From the NCBI GenBank assembly GCA_016933675.1, contig JAFGAM010000006.1, positions 2,220 to 66,219 of the forward strand: a stretch of 64,000 bases of DNA. The letters are read 5' to 3'. The notes beneath the pieces are model-generated. The model ran no database searches and was not told where the DNA came from. It was given only the letters and a program-made list of their open reading frames with translations. The translations under genes and the position numbers were made by a program. Position 1 is the first letter of the stretch. Every line of letters starts with the position of its first letter. This DNA is from Candidatus Anaeroferrophillacea bacterium. Lineage in GTDB: Bacteria; Desulfobacterota; Anaeroferrophillalia; Anaeroferrophillales; Anaeroferrophillaceae. This document shows positions 56,878 to 64,000 of the stretch, piece by piece.

Positions 56878-58136
56878 CGGCGGTAATGAAGCCGGTGAAC
56901 GATTCCTTCCGCCGGGAGCTGGAGGAGCTGGAGTCCGCAGGTATGCTCCGGTCGATGCGGACGGTGACCGGGCCTCAGCGGGCGGCCACCTCGGTGGATG
57001 GTCGGCCGATGCTGGTAATGTGTTCCAACAACTATCTCGGGCTCGCCGACCACCCGCGGCTGGCGGAACTCGCCATCGAGCTGACGAAAACCTACGGCTG
57101 TTCCGCCGCCGCGTCCCGGCTTATCAGCGGCACCATGTCGCCGCACCGGCGGCTGGAAGCAGAGCTGGCGTACTTCAAGGGTACCGAGGCGGCGCTGGTG
57201 TTCAACTGTGGTTACATGGCCAACTTGGCGGTGCTGTCGACCGTTGTGGCGGCGGGGGATGCCATCTTCAGCGACGAACTCAACCACGCGAGCATCGTCG
57301 ACGGCTGCCGTCTGAGCCGTGCGGAAGTGTATGTCTACCGCCATGCCGATGCCGGTCACCTGGAGGAACTGCTGGCGGCCTGCGGGGCGGCCTGCCGCCG
57401 GCGGCTGATTGTCACCGACAGTGTCTTCAGCATGGACGGCGATCTGGCGCCGCTGCCGGCGATCGTCGCGCTGGCGGAGAAGTACGACGCCCTGTTGCTG
57501 GTGGACGATGCTCACGCCACCGGGGTACTGGGGCCCGGCGGCCGCGGCTCCTGCGCCCATTTCGGTATCGCTCCCGAACGGGTCGACTTTCTCATGGGCA
57601 CCCTCGGCAAGGCCCTGGGGAGCTGCGGCGCCTTCGTCGCCGCCCGGCTCCCACTGATCGATTTTTTGGTCAATCGGGCGCGGCCGTTCATTTATACCAC
57701 CGCGTTGCCGCCGGGGGCCATCGGCGCCTCGCTGGCGGCCCTGGCGCTGCTGGCGGAGGAGCCGGAGATGGTGGACGAACTGCGGCGGAAGACCGCTGTT
57801 TTTCGTGCCGGTGTCCGCCGGCTCGGTTTCGCAATGCCCGACGATCCGACCCCGATTGTTCCGGTGGTCATCGGCGAATCGGTGACCACCATGGCCGTCA
57901 GCCGGCGGCTGCTGGAGGCGGGGATTTTCGTTCAGGGCATTCGCCCGCCGACGGTGGCCCCCGGTCGTTCGTTGCTGCGCTTTACCGTCACCCGCGACCT
58001 CCGCGCTGCCGATCTCGATCGGGCGCTGGAGATTCTGGGGCGCGAGGCGGCAATCATCTCCGGTCAAGCGGGACGCGAGCCGGAAACCGGGGTGGTGCCC
58101 ACCGGCCCGCAGGTGTCACGCATCGGCGGGCAGTGA
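56874..58136 (+). CDS. bioF: 8-amino-7-oxononanoate synthase
   Basis: PLP-lysine region GTLGKALG and DDAHATG. ATGA overlap with bioB. Confidence 0.9.
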   Translation: MTAVMKPVNDSFRRELEELESAGMLRSMRTVTGPQRAATSVDGRPMLVMCSNNYLGLADHPRLAELAIELTKTYGCSAAASRLISGTMSPHRRLEAELAYFKGTEAALVFNCGYMANLAVLSTVVAAGDAIFSDELNHASIVDGCRLSRAEVYVYRHADAGHLEELLAACGAACRRRLIVTDSVFSMDGDLAPLPAIVALAEKYDALLLVDDAHATGVLGPGGRGSCAHFGIAPERVDFLMGTLGKALGSCGAFVAARLPLIDFLVNRARPFIYTTALPPGAIGASLAALALLAEEPEMVDELRRKTAVFRAGVRRLGFAMPDDPTPIVPVVIGESVTTMAVSRRLLEAGIFVQGIRPPTVAPGRSLLRFTVTRDLRAADLDRALEILGREAAIISGQAGREPETGVVPTGPQVSRIGGQ

Positions 58137-58175
58137 AAAAGACGTCGCGGTGGGAAAGCCGGGCGCGAAAAACGC

Positions 58176-58203
58176 TTGACAATCTAATGCCGCTGTATAT
58201 ATA
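58176..58203 (+). promoter_or_regulatory. candidate sigma70 promoter of rplM-rpsI
   Basis: TTGACA-N16-TATATA, about 105 nt upstream of the rplM ATG. Confidence 0.5.
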
Positions 58204-58309
58204 AGCTTCCCTCTTGGGTTGTGCGCCGCGGTGTGCGGTCACCCGGGTCCGCAGTTGCGGGCCGCGGGGGGTGAAGTGACCTGGTATCGAGGAATTCCGG
58301 AGCTGGAAG

Positions 58310-58741
58310 ATGAAAACGACCGTAATGGCGAAACATAATGACGTCGAACGTGCCTGGTACGTGGTGGATGCCCGGAACCAGACTCTCGGCCGGCTGGCGA
58401 CCCGCATTGCCACCGTCCTGCGCGGTAAGCACAAGGCGGCCTACACCCCGCACGTGGATACCGGTGACTTCGTTATCATCGTCAATGCCGGCGACGTGCG
58501 CCTGACCGGCAATAAATGGGCCGCCAAGATGTATTATCGTCACACCGGTTATCCCGGCGGGATCAAGGGTATCTCCGCCGAGAAGCTGGTGGCCGCCAAA
58601 CCCGAGGAAATCATCCGCCAGGCGGTGAAGGGGATGTTGCCCAAAAATCGCCTCGGCCGCCAGATGTTCAAGAAATTGAAGGTGTATGCCGGCGGCGAAC
58701 ACCCCCATGAGGCCCAGCAGCCGAAGCCGCTGCAGCCCTGA
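58310..58741 (+). CDS. rplM: 50S ribosomal protein L13
   Basis: ERAWYVVDA...[17 protein letters not shown]. Confidence 0.97.
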   Translation: MKTTVMAKHNDVERAWYVVDARNQTLGRLATRIATVLRGKHKAAYTPHVDTGDFVIIVNAGDVRLTGNKWAAKMYYRHTGYPGGIKGISAEKLVAAKPEEIIRQAVKGMLPKNRLGRQMFKKLKVYAGGEHPHEAQQPKPLQP

Positions 58742-58825
58742 AACCCGGCGCTGACCGGCCGGGATACCGCGGGATGAATCCCGAAGAACCTGACGAACTT
58801 ATAGCCAGCGAGGAAGCGTACAATC

Positions 58826-59218
58826 ATGGCAAGTGAAGCGCATTACGCCACCGGCAGACGTAAATCGGCCGTCGCCCGCGTCTGGATGAGCCGCGGCAAC
58901 GGCACTATCACCGTCAACCGCAAACCCATGGAGGAGTATTTTTCCGTCGATGCCGCCCGCAAGCTGGTGTACCAGCCGTTGCAGGTGGCCGACGCGATGG
59001 ATACCTTCGATATTAACGTCAATGTCCATGGCGGTGGCGTTACCGGTCAGGCCGGAGCGGTGAAACACGGTATTACCCGGGCACTGATGACATACAACGA
59101 GGATCTTCGGCTGCCGTTGAAGAAGGCCGGGTTCGTCACCCGTGACTCCCGTGCCAAGGAACGCAAGAAGTACGGTCAGCGCGGCGCCCGGGCCCGCTTC
59201 CAGTTTTCCAAGCGTTAA
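58826..59218 (+). CDS. rpsI: 30S ribosomal protein S9
   Basis: [13 protein letters not shown]... with a C-terminal ARFQFSKR. Confidence 0.97.
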   Translation: MASEAHYATGRRKSAVARVWMSRGNGTITVNRKPMEEYFSVDAARKLVYQPLQVADAMDTFDINVNVHGGGVTGQAGAVKHGITRALMTYNEDLRLPLKKAGFVTRDSRAKERKKYGQRGARARFQFSKR

Positions 59219-59270
59219 TCGTTCCGTCTTCCGCCTTGCGGAGCCGGGGGGAATCATCAGCGAACAGCAG

Positions 59271-59298
59271 GGGAGGCCGTGTGCGGTCTCCCTTTTTT
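59271..59298 (+). terminator. rho-independent terminator after rpsI
   Basis: GGGAGGCCG-TGTG-CGGTCTCCC followed by T6. Confidence 0.7.
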
Positions 59299-59407
59299 AT
59301 CGGGTGTCGTCGTTGTGGTTCGGTTCCGCCCCCCCCATGGGGCGGGTACAGACAATGAACGCGCCGACCACGAGGGCGGTACCGGTGTCTGCGGGAGGAA
59401 TAGAAAG

Positions 59408-60463
59408 ATGGCGGTGAAGAAGAAGATCCGCGCGGCGATTGTCGGCGCCAGCGGCTATACCGGCGGCGAACTTATGCGGCTGCTGGCCGGCCATCCCCGC
59501 ATGGAACTGACCGTGGTTACCGCCCGCCAGGCGGTGGGGCGGCCCGTGGTCGACCTCTTTCCCTCGCTGCGCGACTGCTGCCCGCTGGTGTTCAGGGAGT
59601 ATGATCCTGTCGAACTGGCTGCGGCCGCGGACGTCGTGTTTACCGCCCTGCCCCACAAGGCGGCCATCGAGGTGGTCGCCGGGCTGGCGGCGGCGGGGTT
59701 GCGGGTGGTGGATCTGAGTGCTGACTTCCGCTTCTCCGATGCCGCCGTCTACGAGGCCTGGTACCAGGAACATGCCCGCCCTGATCTGCTGGATCTGGCG
59801 GTCTACGGTCTGCCGGAGCTGTTCCGCCGGCGGATTGTCGCGGCGGATATCGTCGGTAACCCCGGCTGCTACCCGACGGCGGCGCTCATCGGTCTCGCGC
59901 CCCTGTTTCGTGAGGGGCTGGTGGCTGCCGGTCGACCGGTGTTTATCGATGCCAAGTCTGGTGCCAGCGGCGCCGGCCGGACCCTGGCGGCGGGTTCCCT
60001 GTTCTGCGAGATCGACGAAGGCCTCAAACCCTACAAGGTCGGTAGTCACCGCCACCAGCCGGAGATCGTCGAACAGCTCGGCCGCTACGCCGGGGTACCG
60101 GCGGAGGTGCTTTTCGTGCCCCACCTGGTGCCCATAAGCCGGGGGATTGTCAGCACCATGTACGTTCCCCTGCGGCAGGATGCGAGTACCGAAGATATCG
60201 CCGCCCTTTACGGCCGTTATTACGGTGCCGAGCCCTTTGTGCGTCCGCTGCCCGCCGGAGAGATGCCCAACGTCCTGGCAGTGCGCGGTTCCAATTTCTG
60301 TGATATCGGGTTCGTTTCGGCGGCTGCCGGTCGTACCCTGGTGGTGGCCACCGCCATTGATAATCTGGTGAAGGGTGCCGCCGGCCAGGCGATCCAGAAC
60401 GCCAATCTGATGTTCGGCCTCGAAGAAACCGCCGGGCTTACCGGGCTGCCGCTGTACCCCTGA
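59408..60463 (+). CDS. argC: N-acetyl-gamma-glutamyl-phosphate reductase
   Basis: IVGASGYTGGEL and the GNPGCYPTA active-site Cys. Start at the ATG at 59408. Confidence 0.95.
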   Translation: MAVKKKIRAAIVGASGYTGGELMRLLAGHPRMELTVVTARQAVGRPVVDLFPSLRDCCPLVFREYDPVELAAAADVVFTALPHKAAIEVVAGLAAAGLRVVDLSADFRFSDAAVYEAWYQEHARPDLLDLAVYGLPELFRRRIVAADIVGNPGCYPTAALIGLAPLFREGLVAAGRPVFIDAKSGASGAGRTLAAGSLFCEIDEGLKPYKVGSHRHQPEIVEQLGRYAGVPAEVLFVPHLVPISRGIVSTMYVPLRQDASTEDIAALYGRYYGAEPFVRPLPAGEMPNVLAVRGSNFCDIGFVSAAAGRTLVVATAIDNLVKGAAGQAIQNANLMFGLEETAGLTGLPLYP

Positions 60464-60647
60464 AAGCCGGCTCCCCCCCTGTCCCGGCCGGTGGCGGTCG
60501 GGCGGACGGTGTGCCGCAGTCGCGGTGCTTGACAAAGACCGGGGTATATAATAGGAGAAATGACCATTCCCGGAGCGGTGTTGCGGCCGGCGGCGGGGGA
60601 GGGTGGACGAGCGCCGGTTTTCCGGCGGTCATTGGGGGAGGGTTCCC

Positions 60648-60890
60648 ATGGTAAACGCGGACGACGCCTCGATCATCCGGCTGCGGCAGCAGGACCCGGA
60701 ATTCGACCGCTGGTTTCGGGAACATCAGGAATACGACCGGCGATTGGCGGAAATGTCGGCCCGGACCTACCTGACACCTGAAGAGGAACTCGAGGAGACG
60801 CGCCTCAAGAAATTGAAGCTGCAGCTCAAGGATCGTATGTACGCCCGTCTGGCAGCCGCGGCGCGGGAAGAACAGGGAGGCAGGCAGTGA
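60648..60890 (+). CDS. DUF465 (YdcH-like) small protein
   Basis: [18 protein letters not shown]...[14 protein letters not shown] pattern. RBS GGGGGAGGG. Its stop overlaps the ilvB GTG. Confidence 0.6.
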   Translation: MVNADDASIIRLRQQDPEFDRWFREHQEYDRRLAEMSARTYLTPEEELEETRLKKLKLQLKDRMYARLAAAAREEQGGRQ

Positions 60891-62581
60891 AGAAAAGCGG
60901 GGCGCAGATCGTATTGCAGTCGCTGCAGATCGAGGGGGTCAAGGCCGTTTTTGGCTACCCCGGCGGGGCGGTGATCAATCTTTATGATGAGATGCCGCAC
61001 CACCAGTTTACCCACTATCTGGTGCGCCATGAGCAGGCGGCGGTCCACGCCGCCGACGGTTACGCCCGGGCCACCGGCGAGGTGGGCGTCGCCCTGGTGA
61101 CCTCCGGTCCCGGAGCCACCAACACGGTGACCGGCCTGGCGACGGCCTACATGGATTCCATTCCCCTGGTGGTTTTCACCGGCCAGGTGCCCACCGGGCT
61201 CATCGGCAACGACGCCTTCCAGGAGGCGGACATCGTCGGCATTACCCGTCAGTGTACCAAGCATAACTTCCTGGTGAAGGATGTCTGCGACCTGGCACGG
61301 ATCATCAAAGAGGCGTTTCATATCGCTCGTACCGGCCGGCCCGGCCCGGTGCTGGTGGATCTGCCGAAGGACGTGCTGGTCGCCACGACGACCTTCGAAT
61401 ATCCGGAAACCGTGCAGCTTCGAGGCTACAACCCGACCTACGAAGGGCACCCCGGCCAGATCAGACGGGCGGTCAAGATCCTGCTGAAGGCGAAGCGGCC
61501 GCTGTTCTATGTCGGCGGCGGGGCGATCCTCGACGACGCCGCGGCGCCGCTGACGGCGCTGGCCACCCGCCTCCGGGTGCCGGTGACCACCACCCTCATG
61601 GGACTTGGGGCCTTTCCCGAGGATGACGATCTTTCCCTTGGGATGCTGGGGATGCACGGCACCTACCGGGCCAATATGGCGGTCACCGAGAGCGATGTCA
61701 TGGTGGCGATTGGTGCCCGTTTCGACGACCGGGTTACCGGCCGCATCGACGAGTTCGCCCCCGGCGCCAAAATAATTCATATCGATATCGACCCCACCTC
61801 CATCAGCAAGAACGTCAAGGTCGACATCCCCATTGTCGGCGGGGTGCGCGATACCCTGGAGAAGATCCTCGTCCAGGTGGAGGAACTCAGCGACGAGGCG
61901 GCCGAGTTCGCCGCCGGCCACGATGACTGGCTCGCCCGCATCGCCAAATGGCGGGAACTCCACAAGCTGGCCTATATCCAGGACGATGTCATCAAACCGC
62001 AGTATGTCATCGAACGGATATGCGAGATGACCCGTGGCCGCGATCCGATTATCAGCACCGAGGTGGGGCAGAACCAGATGTGGGCGGCGCAGTTTTTTCA
62101 GTTCACCCGGCCGCGCACCTGGCTCAGTTCCGGCGGCCTTGGGACCATGGGCTACGGCTTTCCCGCCGCCATCGGTGCCCAGGTGGCCTTTCCCGACCGG
62201 CTGGTGTTCGACATTGCCGGCGACGGCAGTATCCAGATGAACATCCAGGAGCTGGCGACGGCGGTGCAGTATAATTTGCCGGTGAAGGTGATCATCCTCA
62301 ACAACGGCTATCTTGGCATGGTGCGTCAGTGGCAGGAGCTCTTCTTCCGCAAGCACTATTCTTCCACCGAGATGGCGGTGGCGCCCGATTTCGTCAAGTT
62401 GGCCGAGGCCTACGGCGCCATCGGGCTGCGGGCCACCCACCCCCGCGAGGTGGTGCCGGTACTCGAACAGGTACTGGCGGCCGACCGCCCGGTGTTTGCC
62501 GATTTCGTCATCGCCCGCGAGGAGAACGTCTATCCGATGGTTCCGGCCGGCGAGCCGATTTCCAATATGCTGCTGGTGTGA
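60887..62581 (+). CDS. ilvB: acetolactate synthase large subunit
   Basis: VFGYPGGAV. ThDP motif [15 protein letters not shown]...GDGS...NNG. Confidence 0.95.
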   Translation: MKKSGAQIVLQSLQIEGVKAVFGYPGGAVINLYDEMPHHQFTHYLVRHEQAAVHAADGYARATGEVGVALVTSGPGATNTVTGLATAYMDSIPLVVFTGQVPTGLIGNDAFQEADIVGITRQCTKHNFLVKDVCDLARIIKEAFHIARTGRPGPVLVDLPKDVLVATTTFEYPETVQLRGYNPTYEGHPGQIRRAVKILLKAKRPLFYVGGGAILDDAAAPLTALATRLRVPVTTTLMGLGAFPEDDDLSLGMLGMHGTYRANMAVTESDVMVAIGARFDDRVTGRIDEFAPGAKIIHIDIDPTSISKNVKVDIPIVGGVRDTLEKILVQVEELSDEAAEFAAGHDDWLARIAKWRELHKLAYIQDDVIKPQYVIERICEMTRGRDPIISTEVGQNQMWAAQFFQFTRPRTWLSSGGLGTMGYGFPAAIGAQVAFPDRLVFDIAGDGSIQMNIQELATAVQYNLPVKVIILNNGYLGMVRQWQELFFRKHYSSTEMAVAPDFVKLAEAYGAIGLRATHPREVVPVLEQVLAADRPVFADFVIAREENVYPMVPAGEPISNMLLV

Positions 62582-62699
62582 TGCCGGCGGGTGAATGATG
62601 AAACCATAATCGCCGCGGCTGCCGGGTAAAACCGGATGTTACGCTAACCGCCCCGGGTATGCGGCGGGCAAAGGCTGGGAGTCGGGCGATCGGGGGGTT

Positions 62700-62781
62700 A
62701 TGGCGAGTGGTTCGGCTGGCAGCGCGCCTGTCGGCGTATGGTACCCGCACGCAGGCAACGAAGAAGATGGAGTGGTTACGG
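62700..62781 (-). repeat. intergenic mosaic repeat, reverse orientation, 5' block plus hairpin (R12)
   Basis: ...CCCGCACGCAGGCAACGAAGAAGATGGAGTGGTTACGG. Sequence further left (62634-62699) is only weakly similar. Confidence 0.6.
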
Positions 62782-62800
62782 AGCCCTCGGGAGTGAACGG

Positions 62801-63316
62801 ATGAGACATGTGATCGGAGTGCTGGTGGAGAACGAGTTCGGTGTGCTGTCGCGGATTTCCGGGTTGTTCAGTGGCCGGGGATTCAACATCGAGAGCCTTT
62901 CGGTGGCCGAGACCGATGATCCGCGGTTGTCCCACATGACCATCGTCACCCGGGGCGATGACCAGATCATCGAACAGATCACCAAGCAGCTCAATAAACT
63001 GGTCAATGTTCTCAAAGTGGTGGATTTCACCGAGACCGACCATGTCAGCCGCGGCATGATGCTGGTCAAGATCGCCGCCGAAGGTGCCAAACGGGTGGAA
63101 CTGCTGAGCATCGTTGAGGTCTTCCGCGCCCGGGTCATCGATTTGTCGCCGCGGGCGATGATCGTCGAGGTGACGGGAACCGATTCCAAGCTCCATGCCT
63201 TCCTTGAAACCGCTGTTTCTTTCGGCATCAAGGATATCTCCCGCACCGGCATGGTGGCCATGACCCGCGACGGGGCGCCGAAGGCCCGTGCCGGTGCCCA
63301 GGTGCGGGCGGCGTAG
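62801..63316 (+). CDS. ilvN: acetolactate synthase small (regulatory) subunit
   Basis: MRHVIGVLVENEFGVLSRISGLFSGRGFNIESL ACT domain. Start at the ATG at 62801. Confidence 0.93.
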   Translation: MRHVIGVLVENEFGVLSRISGLFSGRGFNIESLSVAETDDPRLSHMTIVTRGDDQIIEQITKQLNKLVNVLKVVDFTETDHVSRGMMLVKIAAEGAKRVELLSIVEVFRARVIDLSPRAMIVEVTGTDSKLHAFLETAVSFGIKDISRTGMVAMTRDGAPKARAGAQVRAA

Positions 63317-63484
63317 CCTGAACCGGGGCCTGCCGGCGTGTGACCTGTGGCCTGACGCGCGCCAGGGTCCGGTGATTTTTCGTTCCCGTCCGCATTCATT
63401 CCGCATACGGGAGGGTCGTGCGGCAATGAATTTGCCTGACAGCCCCGGCGGCAGCGTGATCGCTGCCGAAACGCGGTAAATTGG

Positions 63485-63653
63485 GATGGTACCGCCGAAA
63501 TAATCGCCCATACGGAATAGCGGTGCGCAAAACCGGAGACCGGGCGCGTACATGGAAGTATGCCACGGAAGTATGCTGCGGTGATTCGAGTTGCAGCGCC
63601 GGTCTGCGTGCGGCGCGTACAGGCAGCGCGACGAAAACGGATGGAGGGGTTAA
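63485..63653 (-). repeat. intergenic mosaic repeat, reverse orientation, with duplicated middle block (R13)
   Basis: GTACATGGAAGTATGCC and ACGGAAGTATGCTGCGG, then hairpin GCGCCGGTCTGCGTGCGGCGCGTACAGGCAGCGC, then GACGAAAACGGATGGAGGGGTTAAG. Confidence 0.6.
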
Positions 63654-63686
63654 GAAGCTATCAATACTGGTTTTGTCCTGATTTGA

Positions 63687-64000
<314 letters not shown>

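Noticed and set aside
60529-60552. TTGACA ... TATAAT pair upstream of the DUF465-ilvB operon.
   Set aside because: Both hexamers are perfect, but the spacer is only 12 nt, so it cannot work as a standard sigma70 promoter as written. It may still mark a promoter region, which needs TSS data.
60560-60781. 73-aa ORF starting right after the TATAAT/AGGAG at 60547-60560, considered as an ilv leader peptide.
   Set aside because: It is not enriched in Ile/Val/Leu codons, it overlaps the better-supported DUF465 gene in another frame, and no attenuator-type alternative hairpins are evident.

Overview
64-kb window that is almost entirely housekeeping chromosome of a high-GC organism. Gene content and synteny look Desulfuromonadales/Geobacter-like, but that is inference only. 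About 60 CDS are supported. An AT-richer left block (1 to ~5.3 kb) carries lipB-lipA and a TRAP transporter. The rest runs tcdA, tatD, an Rrf2 regulator, mutS, a PP-loop ATPase plus tsaC, purE/purD/purH and an AmmeMemoRadiSam-type radical SAM enzyme. Three signalling clusters follow: a GAF-PAS histidine kinase with two tandem sigma54 activators and a rhomboid protease; an HDOD / class-III cyclase / PilZ / ParA-MinD operon; and a STAS / sigma54 activator / AMIN-TPR / sigma54 activator cluster. After these come gap-pgk-tpiA-secG, aroK-aroC, pilMNOPQ, ybgF-pal-tolB plus a TonB/TolA-like gene, ispDF, PIN-TRAM, carD, pilD, rlmE, bioB-bioF, rplM-rpsI, argC and DUF465-ilvB-ilvN-ilvC (partial). I saw no rRNA, tRNA, CRISPR array, transposase, integrase or recognisable defence system. 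The most unusual signal is a dense family of ~110-170-bp mosaic, hairpin-containing intergenic repeats, with at least 13 copies or fragments. Its conserved blocks are ACTCCATCTTCTTCGTTGC and GCGGCGTACTTCCATGTATGCCTCATTCCTCG, and its ends are inverted-repeat-like (CGTAAC... / ...CCGTTACGGTGCC). The copies fill most of the longer spacers in both orientations, including spacers inside operons. Other points are an 11-nt homopolymer inside pilQ, the GC-discordant left block, four sigma54 enhancer-binding proteins within about 15 kb, and an intrinsic terminator between pgk and tpiA. All functional calls come from motif recognition by eye, not from database searches. Several start codons were moved downstream of the ORF-track starts.
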